A stretch of 64,000 nucleotides of DNA, taken from Bacillales bacterium (GTDB taxonomy: Bacteria; Bacillota_I; Bacilli_A; RF39; UBA660). The notes beneath the pieces were generated by a model that was given only the letters and a program-made list of their open reading frames with translations, made no database searches and was not told where the DNA came from. The DNA lies in the NCBI GenBank assembly GCA_016292035.1, contig JAEEZR010000010.1, forward strand, positions 29,535-93,534, read 5' to 3'. This document shows positions 10,724-21,308 of this stretch, one piece after another. The number at the start of each line of letters is the position of its first letter. Position 1 is the stretch's first letter. The position numbers were made by a program, and so were the translations under genes.

Positions 10724-12503
10724 CTTTTTTATCTACACTAAGTACTGATAAGAATGCTTCTTGTGGAACTTCTACGCTTCCTACTTGTTTCATTCTTTTC
10801 TTACCCTCTTTTTGTTTTTCTAATAGTTTTCTTTTTCTAGATACATCTCCACCATAGCATTTTGCAAGTACATTCTTTTTCATGGCAGAAAGTGTTTCTC
10901 TTGCTATTACACGAGTTCCAATAGAAGCTTGAATAGGAACAGTAAACATTTGCCTTGGTATTATTTCTTTTAAGTTTTCTACTATTATTTTTCCTCTTTG
11001 ATATGCATTATCTTTATGTACTATAACTGATAAGGCATCTACTAAGTCTCCATTTAGTAGTATATCTAGTTTTACTAATTTACTTTCTTTATAGCCTATA
11101 AATTCATAATCAAAAGAAGCATATCCTTTTGTAGAACTTTTTAATTTATTAAAGAAGTCATATACTATTTCAGATAGTGGTAGTTCATATATAACATTTA
11201 CTCTTTTAGAATCTACATATACATTATTTATGTATTTACCTCTTTTGTCTTGGCAAATAGTCATTACGCTTCCTACATATTCATTTGGTACGAATATATT
11301 TGCTTTTACATAAGGCTCTTTAATTGTTTTGATTTTTTGTTCTTCAGGCATTTTAGTTGGGCTATCAATATATACAACATCTCCATTAGTCATTTCAACT
11401 TCATATACTACTGATGGAGAAGTTGCTATTAATTCAATATTAAATTCTCTTTCTATTCTCTCTTCTATTATTTCCATGTGAAGAAGTCCTAGAAAGCCAC
11501 ATCTAAATCCAAAACCTAAAGCATCTGATTTTTCTATTTCAAACATAAGTGATGCATCATTTAATTTTAATTTTTGAAGAGCTTCTTTTAAGTTTTCAAA
11601 CTTAGAACTATCTATCGGATATAGTCCACTGTAAACCATTGGTTTTACTTCTTTATATCCGCTTAGTGCTGGAGCATCATTTTCTTCAAGTACAATAGTG
11701 TCTCCTACTTTAACATCTTCTATTGATTTAATAGACGCTGTTATATATCCTACTTCACCTGCTGATAGTTCGTTTCTAGAGCTATCCTTTGGAGTATGTT
11801 TTCCCATAGTTAGTACTTCATATACTGCACCAGTTGCTTTCATTTTTATTTTGTCATGTAGTTTTAATTTACCATCTACTACTCTAATAAGAGCAACTAT
11901 ACCTTTATAACTATCAAAATAGCTATCAAATATAAGAGCTCTTAATGGTTTATCTTCTCCTTTAGGAGAAGGTATTCTTTTTATTACTTCATCTAGCAGT
12001 GCTTCTACTCCTTCGCCTGTTTTTCCACTTACACAAAGGATTTCATCTCTATCAAATCCTATAGTTTGTACAAGTTCATCTTTTACTCTTTCAGGGTCAG
12101 CATTTGGAAGATCTATTTTATTAAGTACTGGGATTATTGTTAAATCGTTTTCCATAGCAAGATATAAGTTAGCTAGTGTTTGGGCTTCTATACCTTGAGT
12201 TGCATCAACTACAAGAATTGCTCCTTCACATGCAGCTAAGCTTCTACTTACTTCATAAGAAAAGTCTACATGACCTGGTGTATCTATTAAGTGAAAAGTA
12301 TAATCTTTATATTTAAGCTCTACTGCATTTAATTTAATTGTTATTCCTCTTTCTCTTTCAAGATCCATATTATCTAGTAGTTGTTCTTTCATTTCTCTTT
12401 TATCTACTGCATGAGTAATCTCAAGTATTCTATCAGCTAGAGTACTCTTACCATGATCTATGTGTGCGATTATTGAAAAATTTCTTATTTTGTCTTTATT
12501 CAT
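10719..12503 (-). CDS. lepA: Elongation factor 4 (LepA)
   Basis: [21 protein letters not shown]1 motif, [13 protein letters not shown], and the LepA-specific C-terminal domain. The ATG at 12503 has a GGGAGAG RBS, which makes the track's upstream ATG at 12518 less likely. Confidence 0.95.
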   Translation of the reverse strand: MNKDKIRNFSIIAHIDHGKSTLADRILEITHAVDKREMKEQLLDNMDLERERGITIKLNAVELKYKDYTFHLIDTPGHVDFSYEVSRSLAACEGAILVVDATQGIEAQTLANLYLAMENDLTIIPVLNKIDLPNADPERVKDELVQTIGFDRDEILCVSGKTGEGVEALLDEVIKRIPSPKGEDKPLRALIFDSYFDSYKGIVALIRVVDGKLKLHDKIKMKATGAVYEVLTMGKHTPKDSSRNELSAGEVGYITASIKSIEDVKVGDTIVLEENDAPALSGYKEVKPMVYSGLYPIDSSKFENLKEALQKLKLNDASLMFEIEKSDALGFGFRCGFLGLLHMEIIEERIEREFNIELIATSPSVVYEVEMTNGDVVYIDSPTKMPEEQKIKTIKEPYVKANIFVPNEYVGSVMTICQDKRGKYINNVYVDSKRVNVIYELPLSEIVYDFFNKLKSSTKGYASFDYEFIGYKESKLVKLDILLNGDLVDALSVIVHKDNAYQRGKIIVENLKEIIPRQMFTVPIQASIGTRVIARETLSAMKKNVLAKCYGGDVSRKRKLLEKQKEGKKRMKQVGSVEVPQEAFLSVLSVDKKE

Positions 12504-12540
12504 AAAGATCTCTCCCATGTAAGAGATTATATCAAAGTTT

Positions 12541-12574
12541 TATAAAAAAATAAACAACTGCTAGTTGTTTATTT
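12541..12574 (-). terminator. Intrinsic terminator after pilin gene P2
   Basis: Stem aaataaacaac/gttgtttattt with a 5-nt loop, followed by a T-run on the minus strand. Confidence 0.7.
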
Positions 12575-12580
12575 TTTTTA

Positions 12581-13519
12581 TTATGAATTGTAGCAAATTG
12601 CTCTGCCGCTTTTTTCTATTTTGCAAGCTACATACGGATTTTCCTCATATACATATATGGTTCCAGTATAATCTATATCTATTCTAACTGAATCATCTGG
12701 TACTTTCATAGTTATGCCATCATTATTACAATATCCTTCAATACCTGCTTCACCAAGATCATTTAACATTTGTGCTTTAATTTTGTTTAGTGTTATAGTT
12801 TTATTAGTATCCCAATAATTTCCTGGATAACATGTCAGTTTGCCATTATAAAACGCGCATGCTTCGTGTCCTAATACATTATCATTTTTGTCTATATAAG
12901 TTCTTATTAAATAGTTAGGATAATGCCCATGTTCATGTTCGCCTCGGACTTCATCAGTTATGATATGGAAATCTTCTACGGCAAAAGGTGGAACTTCGTT
13001 TGATGCATAATAAGTAAATCCTGGATATTCTGTATCTTTGTATGACCAATAAACATAATGGTCTTTCTTTATCGTCTTTCCTCCAATACAACTACAGCTA
13101 GATGTAGTACACTCTAGCTTTCCATTTTCTGAAAACTCATCTTCATCTATTTGTGATAAATCACCGCTCTTTACAAAGCAGTAGTTAGAGTCTTCTAGAG
13201 CTACTCCTGATATTTTATTATCGCTTCCAAACATTATTACATACTTTATGCCATTATCTGATATATCAAGTTTAACTTCATCATTACATGATTCGTTTAC
13301 TCCACTGCAATAAATGTCAATGTTTTTGCCATTCATTACATCTATTTGTTTTTGCTTATCTCCTGTTTTTATTAAACTTTCTACTTGAACTTTAAATGCT
13401 TCTTTCTTTCCTTTACTAAACATTCCTAGTACATTAGGCATTATTAAAAGCATTAGTATTGCAAGTATTGCAATAACTGCTAGAAGTTCTACTAACGTAA
13501 AACCATTTTTTCTTTTCAT
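12581..13519 (-). CDS. Type IV pilin-like protein P2 (312 aa)
   Basis: MKRKNG/FTLVELLAVIAILAILMLL prepilin motif. The head domain is shared with P1 and P3-P5. The C-terminal YVYW...LIRT...GHEAC..YNGKL.C module is shared with P3 and P4. Confidence 0.85.
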   Translation of the reverse strand: MKRKNGFTLVELLAVIAILAILMLLIMPNVLGMFSKGKKEAFKVQVESLIKTGDKQKQIDVMNGKNIDIYCSGVNESCNDEVKLDISDNGIKYVIMFGSDNKISGVALEDSNYCFVKSGDLSQIDEDEFSENGKLECTTSSCSCIGGKTIKKDHYVYWSYKDTEYPGFTYYASNEVPPFAVEDFHIITDEVRGEHEHGHYPNYLIRTYIDKNDNVLGHEACAFYNGKLTCYPGNYWDTNKTITLNKIKAQMLNDLGEAGIEGYCNNDGITMKVPDDSVRIDIDYTGTIYVYEENPYVACKIEKSGRAICYNS

Positions 13520-13562
13520 AAAATCACCTCTATTATTATAATATAAATAGATGTATCATTGA

Positions 13563-13599
13563 ATAAAAAGTACAGCTGGTTTACATATTAGCTGTACTT
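13563..13599 (-). terminator. Intrinsic terminator after the 233-aa hypothetical gene
   Basis: Stem aagtacagct/agctgtactt with a 12-nt loop, followed by TTTTT on the minus strand. Confidence 0.6.
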
Positions 13600-14299
13600 A
13601 TTTTAAATATAACCTATTAGGTACTTCTGTGCATTTAAAGTTTTCATCATATATATCGTTTTCTATTCTTATGATTTCATTTAGCTTACTATGTAGAAGA
13701 GGGTCACTTTTTGTAAATATTCTATATAGTAATTCTTTATATTCACTTGAAGTTATTATCTTTTTATACTTTTGTGATTTTTCCATCAACTCCTTAGTGT
13801 GTTTTGGTATCCTATAATTAAATATATAACACATTAATAAAGGAGCTTCCATTCTACTTAGTGATTCTATGTTTTGAAGGTAAGGAATATTTTGATAATG
13901 TTTACCACTTTTTTTGCATTTAACTTCATTTGTTCTTACATTAACAAACATTAAACCTTTATTATCATGAGCAAATTGAGAGTAAAAATATACTTTTTCT
14001 TCTTCTACTCTTATTGCTTCACTGTTATTAGCCATTACTAAAGGAAGAATAAATGCATTTTTTAGTATATAGTCAGTATCCATATGAAATCCAGTAAATA
14101 TTCCACTTTTCTTATATTCTTTTAATATATTGTATAAAATAGTTACATCTTTGTGCCATCTATCTTCTTCTTGAAGATTTAATTTAATAAGATTTTCATA
14201 TAACTTTCTAATATGATTACAATCACTTCTTTCAAGGCCTTCATTTCTTCCTTTTTCAAGTATAAGGCCAATTGATAATTCTATTTCATCAAGGTTCAT
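13598..14299 (-). CDS. Hypothetical protein (233 aa)
   Basis: Intact ORF with its own terminator. No motif recognised. Confidence 0.55.
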   Translation of the reverse strand: MNLDEIELSIGLILEKGRNEGLERSDCNHIRKLYENLIKLNLQEEDRWHKDVTILYNILKEYKKSGIFTGFHMDTDYILKNAFILPLVMANNSEAIRVEEEKVYFYSQFAHDNKGLMFVNVRTNEVKCKKSGKHYQNIPYLQNIESLSRMEAPLLMCYIFNYRIPKHTKELMEKSQKYKKIITSSEYKELLYRIFTKSDPLLHSKLNEIIRIENDIYDENFKCTEVPNRLYLK

Positions 14300-14363
14300 A
14301 TTATTCCTCCTTTCATAAAATTAAGTGTATTTTATCAAAAAGACCGTACTTTGTAAAGTACGG

Positions 14364-14954
14364 TTAATATATTATATTATTATCTTTATCAAATTTTACT
14401 TCTAAGAATTTTTTAGATGATAATAAATCACATAGGTGAACTATTCTTTGATATTTAGTTTGTGGTTTTGGAAGGACTTCATTTCCATCAAAGTCTTTAT
14501 TCCACTGTCCCATATGTGAAGATATCATGCTTTTTAATAGTTCTACTTCTTCGTTAGTTAGCTTTGTTTTATCTTTATTATCTTCTACTAATTTGGCAGC
14601 AAGAAGAGGATGATCTATTCTTGTATATTTTTCATTATCTCCTCTTTTTACTGAATCATGAAGTATTAGTGATAGTATTATCAAATCTTTTTCGTCATTT
14701 GTATAAAAGCATCCAAATGTTTCAGTATCAATTATTTCCTTAGCTATTCTGACTGCTGCTTTTGTATGTCTTAGAAGCCCTTTTTCTCCTTGTGAGAAGT
14801 CAGGATGATACTTTCCTGTAGAGGAAGCTGCTTCAGTAAAGAAGTAATCAGGCATCATTTTAATTAATACTTTTGCACTTTCTTTTATTCTATCACTTTT
14901 TATATAATTTATTTCTTTTTCAAATTCCTTTATTTTAGAATCCTCGGCCACCAC
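14364..14954 (-). CDS. HD-domain phosphohydrolase family protein
   Basis: GKYHP...LLRHT...LILHD segments are typical of small HD proteins. I favour the GTG at 14954 (AGGAGG 5 nt upstream) over the track's ATG at 15005, which would overlap the upstream gene by 71 nt. Confidence 0.7.
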   Translation of the reverse strand: MVAEDSKIKEFEKEINYIKSDRIKESAKVLIKMMPDYFFTEAASSTGKYHPDFSQGEKGLLRHTKAAVRIAKEIIDTETFGCFYTNDEKDLIILSLILHDSVKRGDNEKYTRIDHPLLAAKLVEDNKDKTKLTNEEVELLKSMISSHMGQWNKDFDGNEVLPKPQTKYQRIVHLCDLLSSKKFLEVKFDKDNNIIY

Positions 14955-16842
14955 CGCCACCTCCTGCAAAACCTGAGCCTCCTGAGAAGCCTCCACCAGA
15001 ACCACTACCAGAGCTGTATGAAGAACTTCTTGCTATAGCTTGAGACTGTGCTTGATAAGCACTGCTTACTGTTTTTGTTAATTGATTATTTAATGATGTG
15101 TTTAGGTTATGGACTAATATATAGTCATACACATTTATATTAAATCCTCTGCTTTCCTTATACTCATTAAATTTCATTTTCATTACTTTTTCTAGTTTAC
15201 TAGATACTCCTAGTATATTTGCATATACTAAGTATCTTTCCCATAGCGCTATTTCTGGTAAGTCTTTTTCATCAAATCTTCCAAAGTCTAGTAAGAATCT
15301 TTTAAATGCTTTCCATTTATAAAAGTGAAGTGCTCCTCTTTTTGTTCTTTTGTTAAATGCTAGAGCATATATACCAAATGCTGTTGATGATACAAATATT
15401 ATTGGAGTAATAAAGCTTATTATATTATTATTTACTAGCGCTATGCATAGTATATAACCTAAAAATGCATATAATACACTAAATACTTTTATATCTGTTG
15501 CATTTTCATAGAAGTTTTCTTTTATAGCATCATCTGTTACTATGTCTTTCCATCTATTATAACCATTTAAGTATGGGCTAGATGTACCATTAACTTTTTT
15601 AGCATATTTTTTAATCTGTGATAGTTTGACTTCTTTTCCTTTTGCTACTATGTCAAATAATAATTTAATTATTTCATTTTCTGCTTTAGTTAAATTATCT
15701 CTATCTAATAGTGTAAAAATATAATCATCATTTTCTGCTAATACACTTATTTTCTTTTTATAAATTAGATTTAGTATACTTGTAGAGAAAGCTTTTTCTG
15801 TAATTCTTTTAGAGAAAAGATATTCTATTAAAGTGACATCATAATCATCAATAAATTCTCTATTATATTCATTTTCTAATGTGTTTTTATATTCTATGTC
15901 ATGTTTAATTAATATATATATAGTTATTACTAATAATAAACATATATATAGTCCACTTATTACGTGTAGTATATTTTTTTTAGTTTTTTCTTTCATTCTT
16001 AATTCATTTATTTCTTCTGCTCTTACTTTTTCTACTTTTAATATACCATCTACTGCTTCTACTTGTGTATTCTTTTTAGCTTCTTTTACTAATCCTTTTG
16101 GAAATACCATTCTTGCATCTACTGATGTTTCTTTATATAGGTTATCTATATATAGAAGTAATCCTTCACATTTTTGTTCATTAGGGCAGTTTTTTCTTAC
16201 CTCTCCATCAGCAGGGCCATGAGCCCATACTTTTAGAGATGTTTCATTTACTTCTTTTGGTAAGTTTACTTTAATGTTAAGGTGTTTAATAGTGTCATCA
16301 AAATTGCTTCCTATGAATGCATAGTAAAGCTCACTTACATCTTCATGATTAACTACTACGTTCTCTACCTCATATTCAAGATAAAATAATGTACTTCCCT
16401 TATATGTTTCATTATACATTTTAATTGATATACCATTATTTATCTTTGATAGTTCATAACATCTTTTATTGTCAGAGCATTCATTAAAGTCTGTTATTTC
16501 GTATTCAAATATATCATAGTCTATATTTTTATTATACTTGTCTATTCTTCCTACTTTTATAAGTTTTAAATCGTCTGCATTATAAATACTATTATTAGAA
16601 AATGATACATTATCTGGATCAAAGTCTATTAGATTTTCATTTTTATATACTAAATCTCTTATATATTCATTAAATGATCCTTTTACTTTTATTACTTCTT
16701 TTACTAGTAAGTTTCCATTTTCTTTAATGTCTACGTTTTCTATTATATTTTCTACTGTATAATCTACTTTACTAGTTGCAATAGCATTAAGGACTGTTAC
16801 ATTAATAAATAATAAAAGTATTGTTAAAATAACTTTTTTCAT
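14935..16842 (-). CDS. DUF2207-family membrane protein with a Gly-rich C-terminal tail
   Basis: Signal peptide, large extracytoplasmic N-domain, TM helices, and the tail SGSGSGGGFSGGSGFAGGGGGGRGF that is characteristic of DUF2207 partners of LemA. Confidence 0.75.
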   Translation of the reverse strand: MKKVILTILLLFINVTVLNAIATSKVDYTVENIIENVDIKENGNLLVKEVIKVKGSFNEYIRDLVYKNENLIDFDPDNVSFSNNSIYNADDLKLIKVGRIDKYNKNIDYDIFEYEITDFNECSDNKRCYELSKINNGISIKMYNETYKGSTLFYLEYEVENVVVNHEDVSELYYAFIGSNFDDTIKHLNIKVNLPKEVNETSLKVWAHGPADGEVRKNCPNEQKCEGLLLYIDNLYKETSVDARMVFPKGLVKEAKKNTQVEAVDGILKVEKVRAEEINELRMKEKTKKNILHVISGLYICLLLVITIYILIKHDIEYKNTLENEYNREFIDDYDVTLIEYLFSKRITEKAFSTSILNLIYKKKISVLAENDDYIFTLLDRDNLTKAENEIIKLLFDIVAKGKEVKLSQIKKYAKKVNGTSSPYLNGYNRWKDIVTDDAIKENFYENATDIKVFSVLYAFLGYILCIALVNNNIISFITPIIFVSSTAFGIYALAFNKRTKRGALHFYKWKAFKRFLLDFGRFDEKDLPEIALWERYLVYANILGVSSKLEKVMKMKFNEYKESRGFNINVYDYILVHNLNTSLNNQLTKTVSSAYQAQSQAIARSSSYSSGSGSGGGFSGGSGFAGGGGGGRGF

Positions 16843-16878
16843 CTTTTCTCCTTAAAAAAGACTTACTATTAGTAAGCC

Positions 16879-17436
16879 TTAAAAATTCACTTTAACAGAA
16901 GAAGCTTCTTCTTCGTTTATTTTAAAGAATTCTTCTTCTTTAAAATTAAATATTTTAGCTACTATATTCGAAGGAAAAACCATTATTAAATTATTTAGTG
17001 TTAGTACTGAATCATTATATAGATTTCTTGATACTGCCACTTTGTTTTCTGTTTCTTTTAGAGTGTCTTGAAGAGATAAAAAGTTTTGATTAGCTTTTAA
17101 ATCTGGATAGTTTTCTGCTAGCGCAAATATACTTTTAATTCCAGTGTTTAGCATATCATATGCTTTCATTTCTTCTTCTTTTGTTTTAGCAACATTAAAT
17201 TTATTTCTAGCTTCAATTACTCCCTTTAGAGTTTCACTTTCATGAGAAGCATATCCTTTTACAGTTTCTACTATATTAGGAATTAAATCAAATCTTCTTT
17301 TTAGTTCAACATCTATTTGAGCCCATGAATCTTTTACTCTGTTTCTTTGTTTTATTAGTTTATTGTATACAGCTATTACATATAGTGCTACTAATAAGAT
17401 TAATGCTATTAATACTACTATTATTATTTTATCCAT
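16879..17436 (-). CDS. lemA: LemA family protein
   Basis: N-terminal TM helix followed by the LemA pattern YNKLI..RN.V...WAQIDVELKRRFDLIPN. Confidence 0.9.
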   Translation of the reverse strand: MDKIIIVVLIALILLVALYVIAVYNKLIKQRNRVKDSWAQIDVELKRRFDLIPNIVETVKGYASHESETLKGVIEARNKFNVAKTKEEEMKAYDMLNTGIKSIFALAENYPDLKANQNFLSLQDTLKETENKVAVSRNLYNDSVLTLNNLIMVFPSNIVAKIFNFKEEEFFKINEEEASSVKVNF

Positions 17437-17449
17437 AATAAATCCTTCC

Positions 17450-17989
17450 TTATACAGTCATTAATTCTTTTTCTTTTTCTTTATATTTTTCTTCAACCTT
17501 TAAATTATACTTATCAATTAATTCTTGTACATCGTCTAGATACATCTTTTCTTCATCTTCAGGATATTCTTCCCTTTTGATTTGATTGTTTGCATCTTGT
17601 CTTATATTTCTTAATGCTATTTTAGCTTCTTCAGTCATTTCTTTAACTTGTTTAACATAATTTCTTCTTGTTTCTTCTGTTAATTCAGGTACAGTTAAAT
17701 AAATAACTTCACCATTGTTTGTTGGTGCCATTCCTAGTTCAGCTGCAAATAGAGCTTTTTCTATTTCTTTTAATAAGCTTTTATCAAATGGCTTAATCAT
17801 TAATTGTCTTGCTTCTGGTACAGAAACAGTTGCAATTGTTTGAATTGGTGTTGGATTTCCATAGTAATCAATTGTTATTCCACTTAAAATGTTAGGGTTT
17901 GCTCTTCCTGCTCTTACTGTAGTGAATCTACTTTCTAGATTTTCTACTACTTTATCCATTTTTGATTTTACTTCGTTTTCGTTATACAT
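17450..17989 (-). CDS. frr: Ribosome recycling factor
   Basis: About 180 aa with VRAGRANPNIL and LTEETRRNYVKQVKE motifs. Confidence 0.95.
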   Translation of the reverse strand: MYNENEVKSKMDKVVENLESRFTTVRAGRANPNILSGITIDYYGNPTPIQTIATVSVPEARQLMIKPFDKSLLKEIEKALFAAELGMAPTNNGEVIYLTVPELTEETRRNYVKQVKEMTEEAKIALRNIRQDANNQIKREEYPEDEEKMYLDDVQELIDKYNLKVEEKYKEKEKELMTV

Positions 17990-18038
17990 ATTTTCTCCTT
18001 TAAATATATTATATTATAACTTACTTAACTAATAAAGC

Positions 18039-19007
18039 CTATTTATTATATTTATAGAAACCTTCTCCAGCGGCTTTACCTGTTTTACCTTCGTCCATAT
18101 ATTTATTGATAATATCAAGCATTCCATCAAAGTTATATGGAAGCATCATTTTCTTAAATAATGGGTCGAATAAGTCTGGTACTTTTTGATATTGAAGTAC
18201 AATATTTTTAGCTGTTTCTAATCCTACTGTATCTAGAATTTGGAAAGGTCCGAATGGAGCGCCTGTTCCTATTGTCCATGCTTTATCAATAGTTTCTGGA
18301 TCAGATATATCATTAGCTAGCATATCCATTGCACTAAGTAAGAATGGAACTAATAATGAGTTTAGTAAGTATCCTGATTTTTCATTTCTTACTGCAAGTG
18401 GAATCATTCTTATTGCTTTTGCAAATTCAATTATTTCATCAAAGTATACTGGATCAGTATCTTCATGTTTCATTATTTCTGCTACATTGTTTTTCCATAT
18501 AGTGTTAGCAAAATGCATTGCTAAATACTTATTAGGTCTTTTTGTATATTTTGCTAACTTAGAAGGTAAAAGAGTTGAAGAGTTTGTTACCACTACTGTC
18601 TTTTCTTCTAATTTAGTACTTATTCCTTCATAGAAAGAAGCTTTAACATCAAATAATTCAGTAATTGATTCAATTAATAAATCTGCATCTTTTAGTGCTT
18701 CTTCTTGAGAAGTAGTTATTTTAATATTAATATTATTAACTTTTTCAATACATTTATCTTTGTCAAAATCTTCTACTGAAGATAAACCTCTACACCAGTT
18801 TTTTGATGTTTCTGATTTATCTTTATCCATTAGATTAATTGCATCTATATATGTTTTAATTAAATTATTTATCTTTGTATTTATTTCAGGAATTGTGTTT
18901 TCATCATGTGTAAGTATTGTTACATCAAATCCACTGTAAGCACTTTGGAAAGCTATTTGACTTCCAAGAACTCCTCCTCCTGCTACTACTACTTTTTTAT
19001 AATTCAT
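18039..19007 (-). CDS. 3-hydroxyacyl-CoA dehydrogenase family protein (NAD-binding)
   Basis: N-terminal Rossmann motif VVVAGGGVLGSQIA. C-terminal GKTGKAAGEGFYKY is typical of the HBD/FadB family. Confidence 0.75.
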   Translation of the reverse strand: MNYKKVVVAGGGVLGSQIAFQSAYSGFDVTILTHDENTIPEINTKINNLIKTYIDAINLMDKDKSETSKNWCRGLSSVEDFDKDKCIEKVNNINIKITTSQEEALKDADLLIESITELFDVKASFYEGISTKLEEKTVVVTNSSTLLPSKLAKYTKRPNKYLAMHFANTIWKNNVAEIMKHEDTDPVYFDEIIEFAKAIRMIPLAVRNEKSGYLLNSLLVPFLLSAMDMLANDISDPETIDKAWTIGTGAPFGPFQILDTVGLETAKNIVLQYQKVPDLFDPLFKKMMLPYNFDGMLDIINKYMDEGKTGKAAGEGFYKYNK

Positions 19008-19071
19008 TTGTTATCATCTCCTTATTAAGTATATCACCTATTGCTTTTTTATCAAATGATTTGCATTAATT

Positions 19072-19992
19072 TTACTGTAAAGGTTCTTTGCTATTTCTTC
19101 TATCATCACTTATTAAAGATATAGGTGTTGATAGTTCTAGAACTCTTTCTATTATTCTTCTAGACTTTAATTTATCTACTCCGCTTTTAGTTTTGCTTAA
19201 GTGTTCATCTAAAGAATCTATATCTAAATTAGAAGTGAAAAATGTTATTTTTTTATTATCCATTCTACTTTGAAGTAGACTAGATAGTACTTCATCTCTT
19301 GACCAGTCTGTGTTATTTTCTGCTCCTATATCATCTAGTAAAAGTACATCTGCAGTTTCTAAGTCAGTAAATACTTGTCTATATGTATAGTCTTTATTAT
19401 CGAATGAATCTTTTAGCTTTCTTAAAAGTGATGGGACATAAACACTGATACATTTTTCACCTTTTAAGCTTAACTCATTTAATACTGCATTTATCATATA
19501 GCTTTTACCGCTTCCAAATGATCCATATAAATACATTCCTTTAACTTTAGGATATTCTTTCATAAACTTCTTTATATACTTTAAAGCCTCTACTCTATTT
19601 TGATCATCTACTAGTATTTCTTTTAGTCTAGCTGTTTTTAGTGATTCATTCATTTCATAGTACACCACTTTACTTTTAGAGCTTTCTTCTTTTTTCTTGT
19701 ATTTACATGGTGTATAGATAAAAACTAATTCTCCATCTTTGTTAGATGGATATTCTATGTATCCAGGGTAATCTTTATTACAACAGTGAAGTCCTTTACA
19801 ACCTTCGCATCCTTTTATATCGCATACTGTCTTTTGTAATTTAGTTGTATATTTAGCCAATTCTTTTTTATCCATTTTAAGTTTACTACATAAAGATGCA
19901 AATTTATTGTCTTCCATAGCTTCATCAAAGTATCTTAAGACATCCATTTTTAAATCTTTTTTATTTTTAGTAATATCTTTTATTTCTCTCAT
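19072..19992 (-). CDS. dnaI: Primosomal helicase loader DnaI
   Basis: Cys-rich N-terminal zinc domain, Walker A YGSFGSGKSY, Walker B LLLDDIGAE. It is translationally coupled to the upstream dnaB-type gene. Confidence 0.8.
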   Translation of the reverse strand: MREIKDITKNKKDLKMDVLRYFDEAMEDNKFASLCSKLKMDKKELAKYTTKLQKTVCDIKGCEGCKGLHCCNKDYPGYIEYPSNKDGELVFIYTPCKYKKKEESSKSKVVYYEMNESLKTARLKEILVDDQNRVEALKYIKKFMKEYPKVKGMYLYGSFGSGKSYMINAVLNELSLKGEKCISVYVPSLLRKLKDSFDNKDYTYRQVFTDLETADVLLLDDIGAENNTDWSRDEVLSSLLQSRMDNKKITFFTSNLDIDSLDEHLSKTKSGVDKLKSRRIIERVLELSTPISLISDDRRNSKEPLQ

Positions 19993-21308
19993 ACATACTC
20001 CTTAAGAAAATCTTCTAGTTCTTCTTTTTCTTCTTTTGCTATTTCCTTTTTAGACACATTATCTGAAAGCCATGATGGTATTTTAGATACTTTTTCTTCT
20101 TTAATTTCTTTCTTTTCTGTTTTCTCTTCTTTTACTTTTTTTAGTTTTTTATATTGCTTACCTGCATATTCCATAGCGTCTTCTGCAGTTTCTATTGAGT
20201 TTCTTTTCCATTCGCCTGCTAATGTTTCTACAAATGCTTTTACTAATCGATTGTCTTGTGTTTTTAATGTAAAATCTATAAGAACATTTACTACAGATGG
20301 ATTTAGTTTAATATCTACTAATAACATTTCAAGTATGTTCATATCTCTTGTTGTTGGTTTAGCCCCTTTATATTTACTTTTTAAGAAATCATAAGGTGAA
20401 GTGGATTCAAATACTTTTATTAGTTTTTTCTTTTCTGACTGAGTATTTTCATTTTTTGATATCTTCGCTACATCTTTTTTGTATATTAGTGATGGTGTTT
20501 TACCATTATTATTAAATTCATAATATTTCTTTATATTTTTTCTTAATTCATCTTTGTCTATTAGTCCCTTTTCATTTATGCTTACTTTAGCAATGTCAGC
20601 CATTGTTAATGCATCTACTCTATATAGATATGCTAGATGATTTATTAATTCTCTTACTGATTTATTAAGCGCTTTATCATTAAGTAAATTCTTTGGAAAG
20701 CTACTTATAAATGCATCAAAATCAAAATATGATTCATAAGATAATTCTCTTTTTATTTTAGAGGCTATTTCATCATTGTTTTCTATATCAAAGTTAGTAT
20801 AATTTTGACTTTTAAAAGTCATGTCAAATTTACTAGTTATATCTTTATACTCACTTAAATCTACTTTGGGTACTTTAAAGTAATTCTTTATTCTTGTATA
20901 TTCATCTTTTCCTACGTTTGTATAAAGTACATTATTAAATATTGGGTGATTAAAGAATTCACTTATAGATAAAGGACTATATAATTCATATATATAATTA
21001 TTAACACTGCCTTCTTTAACGTATGTTTTTAGAAGACCTACTGATTCTAGTTTTATCCTTGAATCTTTTAATAGTCTTATATTGGTTCCTAGATTAGTTA
21101 GTAAATGATGATGAGTTAATTCACTACTCATAAAGTTGGATACTTTTAGTTCATTATATAGAGAATTATATAGCATTACTGCATCTGATCCTATTATAGG
21201 CATATATAGCATGTTTAAAACAAGTTTATCGTTTTCAGTTAATAAACTTCTATTTATTACTACATATATATCTGCTGGTAATAGTGTATTCTCGCTCATC
21301 ATTTTCAC
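19989..21308 (-). CDS. dnaB: Replication initiation and membrane attachment protein (Bacillus DnaB type, DnaD-like domains)
   Basis: DnaB_2/DnaD-like C-terminal segment (VVNVLIDFTLKTQDNRL...ETLAGEWKRNSIETAEDAMEY), and a 4-nt overlap with dnaI as in Bacilli. Confidence 0.7.
   Translation of the reverse strand: MKMMSENTLLPADIYVVINRSLLTENDKLVLNMLYMPIIGSDAVMLYNSLYNELKVSNFMSSELTHHHLLTNLGTNIRLLKDSRIKLESVGLLKTYVKEGSVNNYIYELYSPLSISEFFNHPIFNNVLYTNVGKDEYTRIKNYFKVPKVDLSEYKDITSKFDMTFKSQNYTNFDIENNDEIASKIKRELSYESYFDFDAFISSFPKNLLNDKALNKSVRELINHLAYLYRVDALTMADIAKVSINEKGLIDKDELRKNIKKYYEFNNNGKTPSLIYKKDVAKISKNENTQSEKKKLIKVFESTSPYDFLKSKYKGAKPTTRDMNILEMLLVDIKLNPSVVNVLIDFTLKTQDNRLVKAFVETLAGEWKRNSIETAEDAMEYAGKQYKKLKKVKEEKTEKKEIKEEKVSKIPSWLSDNVSKKEIAKEEKEELEDFLKEYV

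Noticed and set aside
12923-12937. An HEHGH (HExxH-like) motif in pilin P2, suggesting a zinc metalloprotease pilin.
   Set aside because: It is a five-residue motif in a His/Glu-rich insertion (RGEHEHGHYPN). I recognised no third ligand or Met-turn context, and it is absent from paralogues P3 and P4. Chance occurrence or simple metal binding is more likely. It is mentioned only as a footnote under the P2 finding.
14935-15005. A 71-nt overlap between the DUF2207 gene and the HD gene as possible programmed frameshift or fusion.
   Set aside because: The overlap disappears if the HD gene starts at an in-frame GTG preceded by AGGAGG (14954 or 14951). The Gly-rich tail is the normal C-terminus of DUF2207 proteins.
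18039-19007. 3-hydroxyacyl-CoA dehydrogenase as a sign of a butyrate or beta-oxidation operon.
   Set aside because: The gene is solitary, between dnaI and frr. No thiolase, crotonase or acyl-CoA dehydrogenase is adjacent, so no pathway-level claim is warranted.
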